A DNA stretch of 64,000 nucleotides from a virus: positions 20,920-84,919 of IMG/VR virus record IMGVR_UViG_3300021376_000030; one strand, given 5' to 3'. Below are positions 45,892 through 55,783 of this stretch, in pieces. Positions within the stretch are counted from its first letter, which is position 1; each line of letters starts with the position of its first letter. The position numbers and the translations under genes were made by a program. Under the pieces are notes generated by a model, which was given only the letters and a program-made list of their open reading frames with translations, was not told the origin of the DNA and ran no database searches.

Positions 45892-47145
45892 ATGATTCCT
45901 ATTCTAGATTCAAAACGTTTGATCTCCAATCATTTATATCCAACATTATTTGGTTTTTCAACTAAAAATAAGCTAGCTAGCCAGCTTTTAAATTATGTCT
46001 ATGGTATAGTAATGTTAGTGGCGACAGCTTTTGCTTATCATGCGTTAGGATTAATATTACCAGATTGGAATAAGTTATTTGTTTTACTTGCAAGTCTTTC
46101 AGTAGTAGGTCTACCCTATTGTATAAAAATAGTTTTATTTGGTAATGAGAGGTTTGAGTTGAAACATGCATTGCTTTGTTTAGGAATAAGTATATTGCCA
46201 GCGATTTTTGATTTTGTAGGTTTTTATAGTGAAACTAGCATAAGACAAGCATTAATATCAACTAAATTTGAGCTAGTTGAAAAAGTAAACTATTTCAATA
46301 CAGCTGCAAGAAGTAAGATAGAAGAAGACAAAGTAGATCTGCAAAAAGAAAAAGAAAAGGCAACCACTTCTACAAACAATAAATTTAATCAAGACATAAT
46401 ATCATTAGATAATGACCTTCTTAACATAAAGCAAACTGTAATAGATGAAAAAGAGGGTGTTAGAAGTAGTCAGACATCAGGAAAACCTGGTGAGGGTCCT
46501 CGCACAAGGGAAATAGAAGCAGAGGTAAGAAGGGTAAAAGCTAAAAATGATTTAGAAAGTCGCAGACTATCTGATCAAAAAGATCTCGAACTGCAAGCAT
46601 TAGATAAAACTTTTGCAATAAAAGAAGACCAATTAAATGAAGGGATTAAAGAAATAGAAAAACTTGTTTCCTCTGATGCAAAGACTAAAGGTATTTTATA
46701 TCAGATTAATAATATAGATAATTTTAATGATTTAGCTAAAACAACTATACAGGTAAATAATAGTATTTCTACTATTAGCTCTAAAATGGGTATAGAGCCA
46801 CAGTTTATATCTTTTAAGACAGACGATGTTATAGAGCTATCGTTTGGAGCATTGTTTAGAGGGGAAACAACTGCACTAATATGCTTTTTACTAGCTTTTT
46901 TATTAGAAATGGTTGATACAATTATAGTGTATATGATTAGAGGTACTCGCAAAGTAGAGGCAGAAGTTGAAGAAGAAAAAAAAACTAAACTTTTTCATAA
47001 GACTTATACAAATGTACCTGAGGAAAAAAAGCGTACAAATAAAAATACTGCTGACGATTTAGCTAATATTGAAACATCAGCAGGGTCTGAATCAAAAATT
47101 ACTACTTCCGCTAAATATTTTTATTTAGATCCTCCTGAGCAATAA
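45892..47145 (+). CDS. membrane coiled-coil protein (DUF4407-like)
   Basis: Three N-terminal TM helices, coiled coil with E..G..SGKPGEGP, C-terminal TM. Confidence 0.7.
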   Translation: MIPILDSKRLISNHLYPTLFGFSTKNKLASQLLNYVYGIVMLVATAFAYHALGLILPDWNKLFVLLASLSVVGLPYCIKIVLFGNERFELKHALLCLGISILPAIFDFVGFYSETSIRQALISTKFELVEKVNYFNTAARSKIEEDKVDLQKEKEKATTSTNNKFNQDIISLDNDLLNIKQTVIDEKEGVRSSQTSGKPGEGPRTREIEAEVRRVKAKNDLESRRLSDQKDLELQALDKTFAIKEDQLNEGIKEIEKLVSSDAKTKGILYQINNIDNFNDLAKTTIQVNNSISTISSKMGIEPQFISFKTDDVIELSFGALFRGETTALICFLLAFLLEMVDTIIVYMIRGTRKVEAEVEEEKKTKLFHKTYTNVPEEKKRTNKNTADDLANIETSAGSESKITTSAKYFYLDPPEQ

Positions 47146-47240
47146 AATTAGCCTTAAAAATATAAGTAATATTGAAGGTGCATTCAAATAGGGGCGGGAG
47201 GTGGGCTCGAAATTCGAGACTATTTGAATAAATACATAAA

Positions 47241-47438
47241 ATGAGCTCAACTCAAGCACCTTTATTGTCCGCTACAAAGGCTTATGAGTTTTTTGCAGCA
47301 ATGAGAAATGAAATATTAAAACACAAATGGATTGAAAGTCAAAAAGCTAATCGCGATGTAGGTTTTGAATTTGCTCTGCTAGATTGGATAATAAAATACA
47401 AGCAGATTTGGCAATCTAGATTTAAGGACCTTTCATAG
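47241..47438 (+). CDS. DUF4032-like small protein
   Basis: EILKHKWIESQKANRDVGFEFALLDW. Confidence 0.7.
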   Translation: MSSTQAPLLSATKAYEFFAAMRNEILKHKWIESQKANRDVGFEFALLDWIIKYKQIWQSRFKDLS

Positions 47439-49749
47439 AATCATTTTGCGGGGATGCGGCAGCTCTAGTTGTAGTATTATTATTTTGAGCCGCTTGACGT
47501 ACCTCCTCATTATTTGCCTTTAGCGTTAGCGGCAGGTTTTTAAAATGATGAGAGTGAGCATATGTATATAGGCAATTTGGTGAAGATGTACCCGCTTTAT
47601 TAATTGTTCTTGCATACACTCTTGTCCAGTTCTGACCTCCATCAGTAACATAATCGTTTGCTATGGGCGATACATATCCAATAACTGGATAGCTTCCTGT
47701 GGTCCAGTTAGCATCATTAGTCTGACCGTAAGCTAGAGTATCTTGTGTTTCTTGTATTTCTACCGGTGCTGTCACATGTTGTAATGAAAGCTCGCCTTCT
47801 ATATGGGCACCTCCGCCCACAATTAAGTTACCGTTTATTCCTAAACAGCTATCTATCAAAATTTGTCCACTTTGCCGTTGTTTTAATACCATAATATCTG
47901 ATGTTATCGTTAACCTCTTACCCCCATCAATATTAACTTCATTACTGCTCGCTAAGTTTAACTGCTCTCCACTTATATTAACAATAGTGCCACCCAATTG
48001 TATAGGTCCAAATGTTTTCATACTAATACCACCAGCACCTACCTGAGTTGTATATCTATTACATACGTTTAAGGTGTAATTACCGCCAGGTAAGTCATCC
48101 ACATGAACGTATTCTATTAACGGGCTCGGCTTTTGATTTTGAAAAACACCATAACTTCCAATATAAAGTTCAGAATTATACATTTTACCAATAGTATCAA
48201 CTCTTATACTTCCAAAATCATTCATAACTGTTCCTATAGTTTCAATTTTATGTTTTGTAACATCTACAACCTCATGCCCACCTAAACCTAAGCTGGCCTC
48301 ATGCTTAGAAAACTCTATTATCTTGCTATTAATAAGCGCTTGTAACTGCTGCTTTGCTGGATCTGCATCAAAAGTACCTCCCATAGAGCTCTTACTATAC
48401 CCGGTGCCTCCACAGCTGGGACATTCTGTAGTTGCAGGAAACGCTAGACTCTGAGCATTACCAGGAGAAAAAATACCTATAGGACTAACAGTGTCATACA
48501 AAGCCACACCATCTCGTGCAGTATACCCACCACCACTCGCAAGCACGCTAGGCACTCCAACAGAACTGAAAGATACATTTCTCAATGTGTTATACTTTCT
48601 GTTTTGCCTACAAACTGGACACTCAATATAATTACCCGCAAAACCTTGTTCTAAGCTATTAAAGAGGGTTTTCTCAGCCACACGCTGAGTCTCAAAACGT
48701 TGTTTTATATCTGCAATTACTTGTGCAACATCTTTCCATCTCTGGGTTGATCCAGCGTCTAATGAACCTATTTTTCTATAAACATCACCCCTGACCGTAG
48801 TGTCTCTATCACCATCGGTATACAAATTATCTGTTCCTCTAATAGTTTCAAATTTATCTCCTAATATTAAATGTTGTTCGTTAGCAGACGATAGATATAT
48901 AGACGTGGGATTTGTAAGGCTTATAAAGCTACCGCTATAATGTGTTATGTTTATAGATTCTCTATTGTCTGTATTAACTATCTCAATTGTACCACCTTTT
49001 TGATTAAAAATATATTTGTTTCTATATATTTCTACATTATGGTCGGGTGATTCCGTATTAGGGGTTTTATTTTCATAGGAACCTGGATAATCATTAAACT
49101 CGTACAAACCTTGCCAGTCCGAAGCCCCGTGACTAGTAGCAAAATAAACCGGGTACATAGGATTACCATCAACAAAGAATGTCCATAAATGTGAACCTAC
49201 AGGGGGTATTGAAAAAGATCCCTTAGCTTTATTAGAATAAGAAGAAGGTCTGTAATTCTGACCATACAAGTTAGCTTTGTTAGTACCAGTAGTAGGGGGA
49301 CTAACAAATGCATCTTTTAATGCACATTTATATTTCTCAAAAATATTAGCAGGTTTTTCACCGGTACCATCTGTATTTTGACTGAATTCTGTTGGTTTAA
49401 AATCTTTTACTGGGGTTGATGATGAATAATCATTGCTATCGCTTATGGTTCCTGACCTATTAAAACTATTATATCTTCCCGATGCAACTTCTCCTACAAC
49501 CGGGGCTGCACATTCTGCCCAGGGTAATATATCTTTTAAATCTTCTACAATTTCGGTTAAATCGCTATTTATATTTTTACCTAGAAATTTAAATTTTTTA
49601 TCTGTTAAGGTCTGATTCCAGTTATTATAAACAGTCGGTGATATACTAGGTATATAAACCTTGACCCGACCTTTTTTTTGTGGATCGTTATTAGCAACTA
49701 CTATACCCAGGTAATTACCATAAAATTTACCGTCAGTAAATATATTCAT
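47422..49749 (-). CDS. gp5: baseplate hub / spike (T4 gp5-like)
   Basis: OB-fold YLGIVVANNDPQKKGRVKV...LPWAE...PPVGSHLW.FF.DGNP..PVYF, beta-helix repeats, tip HSHH; CPVC/CPSCGGTG insert. Confidence 0.85.
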   Translation of the reverse strand: MNIFTDGKFYGNYLGIVVANNDPQKKGRVKVYIPSISPTVYNNWNQTLTDKKFKFLGKNINSDLTEIVEDLKDILPWAECAAPVVGEVASGRYNSFNRSGTISDSNDYSSSTPVKDFKPTEFSQNTDGTGEKPANIFEKYKCALKDAFVSPPTTGTNKANLYGQNYRPSSYSNKAKGSFSIPPVGSHLWTFFVDGNPMYPVYFATSHGASDWQGLYEFNDYPGSYENKTPNTESPDHNVEIYRNKYIFNQKGGTIEIVNTDNRESINITHYSGSFISLTNPTSIYLSSANEQHLILGDKFETIRGTDNLYTDGDRDTTVRGDVYRKIGSLDAGSTQRWKDVAQVIADIKQRFETQRVAEKTLFNSLEQGFAGNYIECPVCRQNRKYNTLRNVSFSSVGVPSVLASGGGYTARDGVALYDTVSPIGIFSPGNAQSLAFPATTECPSCGGTGYSKSSMGGTFDADPAKQQLQALINSKIIEFSKHEASLGLGGHEVVDVTKHKIETIGTVMNDFGSIRVDTIGKMYNSELYIGSYGVFQNQKPSPLIEYVHVDDLPGGNYTLNVCNRYTTQVGAGGISMKTFGPIQLGGTIVNISGEQLNLASSNEVNIDGGKRLTITSDIMVLKQRQSGQILIDSCLGINGNLIVGGGAHIEGELSLQHVTAPVEIQETQDTLAYGQTNDANWTTGSYPVIGYVSPIANDYVTDGGQNWTRVYARTINKAGTSSPNCLYTYAHSHHFKNLPLTLKANNEEVRQAAQNNNTTTRAAASPQNDSMKGP

Positions 49750-50822
49750 GCTACTCCATAGTTAGGTGAGCTATTAGCTGCATATTTATAAGGCGATTTC
49801 GGAGGATATACCTTTACTGTAATATAATCTTTATTTTTATTGGCAAAGATTAACGCATCATTTTTGTTAAAGAAGAATACATCTATTACGGGAGCAGTTC
49901 CGCCGCTGGCCGTTCTTGCCTTAACAGCGCCTCCAGTATCCGTAGCATAACGGGTGCCAATATCAGGAAATACAACCCTGCTTAAATACGGAATAAATGC
50001 AGGGTCAACAGCTACGCTTATACCTTCTTCTAATCGTCTACCGGTTGAACTTCTTAATGCTGCTGAATCATAATCGGTTCCAGGACCGTACGCCCAGTAT
50101 ACGGTTCGTCTAACATATACGTCATAACCTTCTTCATTTGATCCGCTGAATTGAGGAGAGCTTATTTGTTGTAAATTGTTTTGAGATGATTTACTAAATG
50201 TAGGACTATTAACACTATTAGCAGTCATTTGATAAGAAGCATTATAAGTATTAGTCTGAGCATCAGAAACAGTTTTTAATATTTTATTTTCAAAAAAGGT
50301 TGAATCATTTAAATCTCTAATTGCCTTAGGCGATAACTTTGCGTTTTGTTGAAATGCGGATTCAACTGCATTATTAATAGTACCATATTGATATGACTTG
50401 GTATTGATGTTAAATAAATTTATTACTTGTGAAGATGTTATTTTTGAAAACTGTTGGGAAATGGTTGCTAGAGTATTAATGGTATTATCAAACCCTATTT
50501 GCGTTACCACACCTTGAGGATTTACAACGGTCTTGCCCGCTACAGAATTAAAAAGCGCTGTGGCATTACGATCAATAGAAGATTTTATACCTGCAATACC
50601 TTCACGCAAAGCATTATCTACCAATGTTGGGTTTGGTAAAAACTCTAAACCATCTGGTTTAACTTGTATTATATTTTGTGGTAGTAAGCTGGAAGATGCT
50701 TCGCTAAAGCCATCAAAACTTGGTATATTTAACATTGAATTTAATAAAGGAGCGCTGCTGGCAGCGGTTTTAGCCTGAAGGTTCGCTGCCAAATTTGTTA
50801 ATTCGGAAATATTGTAATACAC
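49746..50822 (-). CDS. virion protein with C-terminal 3D (MltA-like) lytic domain
   Basis: TVYW, VAVDP.FIPY, ATDTGGAVK and VIDVFF; ATGA-coupled to gp5. Confidence 0.8.
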   Translation of the reverse strand: MYYNISELTNLAANLQAKTAASSAPLLNSMLNIPSFDGFSEASSSLLPQNIIQVKPDGLEFLPNPTLVDNALREGIAGIKSSIDRNATALFNSVAGKTVVNPQGVVTQIGFDNTINTLATISQQFSKITSSQVINLFNINTKSYQYGTINNAVESAFQQNAKLSPKAIRDLNDSTFFENKILKTVSDAQTNTYNASYQMTANSVNSPTFSKSSQNNLQQISSPQFSGSNEEGYDVYVRRTVYWAYGPGTDYDSAALRSSTGRRLEEGISVAVDPAFIPYLSRVVFPDIGTRYATDTGGAVKARTASGGTAPVIDVFFFNKNDALIFANKNKDYITVKVYPPKSPYKYAANSSPNYGVA

Positions 50823-50967
50823 ATATTATTTAAATTGATAATACTGTTTTTACATGTATTATTATGGTGTGAATACATTTTTAGTAAACGTAGATTTCAT
50901 AAAAAGCGGAAATATTAGTTATTAAAAGAATCGGTCAACAAAGAGTTTAGAGTATGTTTTGGCCTAT

Positions 50968-50995
50968 TTGATTTTAATGTTACATCTTTTATAAT
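50968..50995 (+). promoter_or_regulatory. sigma70-like promoter of the deazaguanine operon
   Basis: TTGATT-N16-TATAAT, 5 nt before ATG 51001. Confidence 0.55.
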
Positions 50996-51000
50996 ATTTT

Positions 51001-51831
51001 ATGATAATGAAAGTATCTCACGAAATTCCCATCTCTCTACTTGAAGAGTCAAAAAATTTTAATGATTTTGATTACTGCCTGGTACATTTATTGTATCAAA
51101 ATGCCGGTTCACCAGAACAGTTAGATTATTATACATATTATAAGTTTGCCAGATCTTTATATAATAGAGAGGTTTTACTAGATAATTCCATTTTTGAGCT
51201 TGGAAAGGCGTTTGATCCAGAAAAATTTTATGATTCGATAATTTCCTTACAGCCTAATATGTTTATTGTACCAGATGTATTAGAAGATTCACAAGCAACA
51301 ATGGTAAGCTTTAAGGGTTTTAGGGAAAATATAAAATCTATTAAAAATGAATTTACTACTAGATCTATAGGAGCTGTTCAAGGTAAGACCTGGCAGGATT
51401 TAAAAACATGTTATAAGTTTCTAAGCTATGAGGCAGATATGATTGCTATTAGCTTTGATTTTAGTTACTACCATATTATTGGTGAGGGCAAAACACCATT
51501 GGAGCGCTTTTGCTCAGGGCGCCAGCGGTTTATTACAGATTTAATAAATAATGGTGTATGGGATTGGAACAAACCCCATCATTTGCTTGGGTGCTCGCTA
51601 GCAAAGGAGTTTAGATATTATATCGATAACAACATTCACAACATTGTTTCTTGTGATACTAGTAATCCAATTGTTGCTGCAATTCATGGATTAAAATATG
51701 ATGCTGATTACGGGCTGCAAACCAAGCCATCAACTAAGCTAGCTGATTTAATAACACATCAATTCACTCAAGATCAACTCGAACTAGTAAAATACAATAC
51801 TAGTATGTTTAAAAAAATCATTCGTAGATGA
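51001..51831 (+). CDS. TGT-fold protein, DpdA3-like 7-deazaguanine insertion enzyme
   Basis: LLDNSIFELG, IVPDV, GAVQG, HHLLG and SCDTS.P motifs of the TGT barrel; in an operon with queF. Confidence 0.7.
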   Translation: MIMKVSHEIPISLLEESKNFNDFDYCLVHLLYQNAGSPEQLDYYTYYKFARSLYNREVLLDNSIFELGKAFDPEKFYDSIISLQPNMFIVPDVLEDSQATMVSFKGFRENIKSIKNEFTTRSIGAVQGKTWQDLKTCYKFLSYEADMIAISFDFSYYHIIGEGKTPLERFCSGRQRFITDLINNGVWDWNKPHHLLGCSLAKEFRYYIDNNIHNIVSCDTSNPIVAAIHGLKYDADYGLQTKPSTKLADLITHQFTQDQLELVKYNTSMFKKIIRR

Positions 51832-52400
51832 GACCCTGGATTGCTTTTTTTAGTCAAACTGGAACAGAGATTCACAATCTTTCTAATGCACTAGGCATAT
51901 ATCCAGATTGCATTGTAACCAACAAGCAAGATCATACCACAACAAATGAATGCTTAATCAAAACTACAGAGTTTAGACAACATAAACTTAATTTACCTAA
52001 CCTGTGGTGCCAGCTACCCAAGACTCCTACAGTAAAAGAATACAACGATGTGTTAGGGCTTTTTAATAACCCAGTCATTACACTGCATGGTTATTTGAGA
52101 ATCATTCCAAAAGAAATCTGTGAAAAGTATGAAATATACAATTTACATCCAGGTTTAATAGACAAATATCCTGAACTGAAAGGGTTTAATCCACAGGAAA
52201 AAGCATTTGCAGAGGGGTATAGACTTGCCGGGTGCGTTATTCATAGAGTAGTACCAGATGTGGACGAAGGTGAAATACTAATGAGTCAGGGCACATGCAT
52301 AGAGGGGTTAGATTTACCAGGTGTATACGATAAATTGCATAGCGTGGCATTTGATTTGTGGAAAAGCTTTTTTGCTGCATATAAAATGTTAGAAGAATAA
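51828..52400 (+). CDS. PurN-like formyltransferase (DpdN-like preQ1 formyltransferase candidate)
   Basis: FFSQTG, LHGYLRIIP, YNLHPG and GCVIHRV...VDEGEI. Confidence 0.85.
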   Translation: MRPWIAFFSQTGTEIHNLSNALGIYPDCIVTNKQDHTTTNECLIKTTEFRQHKLNLPNLWCQLPKTPTVKEYNDVLGLFNNPVITLHGYLRIIPKEICEKYEIYNLHPGLIDKYPELKGFNPQEKAFAEGYRLAGCVIHRVVPDVDEGEILMSQGTCIEGLDLPGVYDKLHSVAFDLWKSFFAAYKMLEE

Positions 52401-52401
52401 A

Positions 52402-53355
52402 ATGGATATTTCTCTACACTACGAGAATGTGTTTCTCAAACCTAATCATAATTCTGTTAAATCGAGAGCAGAAATAGATACAGATATAAATTTTCTCGGC
52501 AAAGTTTTTAGATTGCCCATTATACCAGCTAATATGAAATGTTGTGTTGATCAAGATACATGTGAAATGTTAGATAAAAACAATTACTTCTATATAATGC
52601 ACAGGTTTGATGAAGATATTTTAAATTTTGTTAGATATGCAAATGGACAGAATTTTAATACAGTTTCAATCAGTGTGGGTATACAACAAAAAGATAAAAA
52701 TTTAATTGATGCATTGGCAAATAGCTTAATGCGAGTTGATTATATTACCATAGATGTGGCACATGGTCACCATACCAAAGTATCAGACCAAATTAAACAT
52801 ATTAAAAACACTATTCCAAATGTAAAGGTTATTGCTGGTAATGTTGCGACACTTAGAGGTGTAGAATATCTTCGTGATGCAGGCGCAGATGCAGTTAAGG
52901 TCGGTATAGGTGGTGGATATGCTTGTACAACTAAAGACAAGACTGGGTTTACGTATCCAATGTTTAGCTGTGTAATGGAATGTGCCGCAGACATACCAGT
53001 TATTGCGGATGGTGGGATCCGGTGCAATGGAGATATAGCAAAAGCGCTAGTGGCTGGAGCAAGCATGGTTATGTGCGGTTCAATATTTGCAGCTTGTTCT
53101 GATAGCCCTGCTCCAGTTGTTAAAGACTCTAATGGTAGGAGGTTTAAGCAATATTATGGTTCAGCGAGTATTCATAACAAACTTGATAAAAAGAATATAG
53201 AGGGTACAATGAAGCTTATGGAAACTGATTCTTTTACCTATAGAGAGAAATTATTAGAAATAGCTCAGGATTTGCAGAGTGCTATCAGCTACGCAGGTGG
53301 CTATAATCTCAAGTCGTTAAACTTATTTAACGTAAAATACGGGGTAAAATTATGA
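52402..53355 (+). CDS. guaC: GMP reductase
   Basis: PIIPANM, YIMHRF, ITIDVAHGH, KVGIGGGYACTTKDKTGF, IADGGIR and QSAISYAGG (Bacillus-type GuaC). Confidence 0.92.
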   Translation: MDISLHYENVFLKPNHNSVKSRAEIDTDINFLGKVFRLPIIPANMKCCVDQDTCEMLDKNNYFYIMHRFDEDILNFVRYANGQNFNTVSISVGIQQKDKNLIDALANSLMRVDYITIDVAHGHHTKVSDQIKHIKNTIPNVKVIAGNVATLRGVEYLRDAGADAVKVGIGGGYACTTKDKTGFTYPMFSCVMECAADIPVIADGGIRCNGDIAKALVAGASMVMCGSIFAACSDSPAPVVKDSNGRRFKQYYGSASIHNKLDKKNIEGTMKLMETDSFTYREKLLEIAQDLQSAISYAGGYNLKSLNLFNVKYGVKL

Positions 53356-53708
53356 GCCCGGTTAATAGCGATGAAGTTGTAAAGGTTGTTGAAAGTACAT
53401 ATCCAGAAACCTGCGAGGAGTTTAAAAAGATTCAGCAAGAACAATATGAGGTGTTTTGCAAGAAGCAGTTTGATTACGGGCCACATAACATTTCATTAGG
53501 ATCTGATTTACATAAAAAGGAAGATATTACTGCTTCTATCTCTGCTATTGTAGTACGACTAAATGATAAAATTCAAAGATTAATTAATTTAGTTTTGCGT
53601 AAAAAAACCTTTGAATCCGCAAACGAACCTATATTTGACGCATTTAGTGACACGTCTGTTTATTGTATTATTGCAGAAATTGTCAAGCGTAAGAAATGGT
53701 GTAAATAA
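53352..53708 (+). CDS. nucleotide-modification-associated domain protein (DUF1599/Nmad1-like)
   Basis: KQFDYG, RLNDKIQRL and E...DAFSD.SVY.II. Confidence 0.75.
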   Translation: MSPVNSDEVVKVVESTYPETCEEFKKIQQEQYEVFCKKQFDYGPHNISLGSDLHKKEDITASISAIVVRLNDKIQRLINLVLRKKTFESANEPIFDAFSDTSVYCIIAEIVKRKKWCK

Positions 53709-53839
53709 TGTCGGCAGTAAATATTTTTAAAAATAAGCATAATGAATTGCGCAAGCTAAAAAAAGAAAACAGAATACTTAAAGCTGAAATTATTTTCTTG
53801 AAGAAGTTGTTATATGGTATAAAATTAGGTAAAGAATGA
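53708..53839 (+). CDS. small basic protein (43 aa)
   Basis: Coupled by TAATG and ATGA overlaps to both neighbours. Confidence 0.5.
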   Translation: MSAVNIFKNKHNELRKLKKENRILKAEIIFLKKLLYGIKLGKE

Positions 53840-54420
53840 ACATTACTTTTACTGGTCCGCAGTGTTCAGGTAAGACTACATTGCTTAAGCAAATGAGGCA
53901 AACTAGAGGCATTATGGATCAATTTTTTTATATAGATGAAGTTACTAGACTAGTTAAAAGAGAGTTTAATGTAGGTATTAATGAAGAAGGTGCAAATGAT
54001 GTAACACAATTGTTAATCATAAATAAGGAACTAGAAAATTTATTTAAATACAATTATGAGATGTGGCCTGGATATAGAGGAGCGGTGCATGATAGGTGTT
54101 TATTAGATGGTTTGGTCTTTACAGAATATTTTTACGAAAAGAAATTAGTTAGTCTGCAAATTTGGTCTCAGGCTTTGAGTTATTGGAATAGGTTTCATAG
54201 TAAATATGATATTATTTTTTATCCTGATCCGCATGAAATTAAATTAGAAGATGATGGTGAGAGAAGTAATAATGCTGAGTTTAGAAATGCTATTATAGAA
54301 AAATATGAAACGTACTATCTAAATCAATTTCAGTGGAAAGACAGAATAGTAAGATTAAAAGGTACAGTACAAGAGAGATTAGATAAAATTAAGAGTATTC
54401 TTGATTTTTATACAAAATAA
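53836..54420 (+). CDS. P-loop nucleotide kinase (NadR/AAA_28, dNMP kinase-like)
   Basis: GPQCSGKTT, HDRCLLD and DDGER. Confidence 0.82.
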   Translation: MNITFTGPQCSGKTTLLKQMRQTRGIMDQFFYIDEVTRLVKREFNVGINEEGANDVTQLLIINKELENLFKYNYEMWPGYRGAVHDRCLLDGLVFTEYFYEKKLVSLQIWSQALSYWNRFHSKYDIIFYPDPHEIKLEDDGERSNNAEFRNAIIEKYETYYLNQFQWKDRIVRLKGTVQERLDKIKSILDFYTK

Positions 54421-54434
54421 TATATAATATACTA

Positions 54435-55352
54435 ATGAGTAATACAGTTTTAGATAATAGCAATATTTCCAAACATTTAGGTAGAATTACTGGCTACAAG
54501 TCAACATATGATCCTTCACTTCTAGTACGTGAGCCAAGAATTAATAACCGTAAACATTTGAACATTAATGATGATGATGCACCTTTTAGTGGCTTTGATA
54601 TTTGGAATGCGTATGAGGTATCATGCCTTACGAACGAGGGCATGCCAATTGCTGCCATTGCTAAGATTGTATATCCTTGCAAAAACCATTATATTGTAGA
54701 GAGTAAATCAATTAAGCTATACATGAATTCCTTTAACATGCAAGTATTCAAGGGAAATATTATTCAGATTCTTAATGAGTTGCAAAGCACTATTGCGCGT
54801 GACCTATCCACATTGTTAGAAACCGATGTCAAGGTTTGTGTTCGTCTAGCTAAGGATGTTAGTGATGATGTTTTCTATCAACCAGTATTTTGCAATAAAG
54901 ATTATCCTACTTTAGAAAATGGTATAGATGTTACGTATATTAAACCAATATCGTATACTGAAAATCCAGATATTCTTAGTGGTATAGAAGCATTAGAGCC
55001 TAAAGTTCAAAGATTCCATTCTGCTCTTCTTAAGTCAAACTGCAGAGTCACTTCCCAACCAGATTGGGGTGATGTTTATATTCACTATAAGGGGAAATAC
55101 GAAATTAATCCTACCTCGTTGCTTCAGTATATTGTTTCTTTTAGAGACGAATGTCATTTTCATGAAGAGATTTGTGAGACCATTTATATGAGACTATTTA
55201 ATAAGTTTAATCCAGAAGAGTTAGTTGTAAGTTGTCTATATGTTAGACGCGGTGGTATAGATATTAATCCGACGAGAGCGAGTAGATACGATCTACTAGA
55301 CAAGGCTCTTATTGACGAGTTTAAGTACTTTACAAAAACCGCAAGACAGTAA
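54435..55352 (+). CDS. queF: NADPH-dependent 7-cyano-7-deazaguanine reductase (two-domain type)
   Basis: DIWNAYEVS, IVESKSIKLYMNSFN, LLKSNCRVTSQPDWG, FHEEICE and RRGGIDINP. Confidence 0.95.
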   Translation: MSNTVLDNSNISKHLGRITGYKSTYDPSLLVREPRINNRKHLNINDDDAPFSGFDIWNAYEVSCLTNEGMPIAAIAKIVYPCKNHYIVESKSIKLYMNSFNMQVFKGNIIQILNELQSTIARDLSTLLETDVKVCVRLAKDVSDDVFYQPVFCNKDYPTLENGIDVTYIKPISYTENPDILSGIEALEPKVQRFHSALLKSNCRVTSQPDWGDVYIHYKGKYEINPTSLLQYIVSFRDECHFHEEICETIYMRLFNKFNPEELVVSCLYVRRGGIDINPTRASRYDLLDKALIDEFKYFTKTARQ

Positions 55353-55353
55353 G

Positions 55354-55719
55354 TTATTTTAACTTAAGCAGATAGTTCGTGTGGTTTATAACACCTAGAA
55401 TTTCATCCCTTATATTCAATAAATCAGAATCAGTTTGTGGGTTTAGCTTATTGGTTATTTCTTGAAGATAACTTCTGTATGTGTCTAATATTGTTGTCAG
55501 ATCAATTTCTTTTATATCAAATAGCTTTATATCCAGACTCCCATTACTAAAATCAGCATCATTTCTTCCGAGAGCCGTCTCAACAAAATTGTCAATTAAA
55601 CCGTCCAAGGCTTTATATGCCTTACCAAACGCTTTATGAGCAGCATAACTTTTTGTCTGCCAATGAAGTACGCGAAACTGGTTCTGCATTTGAAGCAAAT
55701 CTTGAATAGCTGCATGCAT
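55354..55719 (-). CDS. ferritin/Dps-like protein (DUF5856-like)
   Basis: HWQTKSYAAHKAFG..Y..L..LID.FVE...LLNIRDEI...YLL; TATAAATA 5 nt upstream. Confidence 0.8.
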   Translation of the reverse strand: MHAAIQDLLQMQNQFRVLHWQTKSYAAHKAFGKAYKALDGLIDNFVETALGRNDADFSNGSLDIKLFDIKEIDLTTILDTYRSYLQEITNKLNPQTDSDLLNIRDEILGVINHTNYLLKLK

Positions 55720-55783
55720 GTAAATATTTATATATTACTACACTATAATACCTAGATCCTATATTATATTCGTTAAATAACAT

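Noticed and set aside
47185-47222. GC-rich patch with a CTCGAAATTCGAG hairpin as an ncRNA
   Set aside because: Too short to assign; it may be a simple processing or terminator hairpin.
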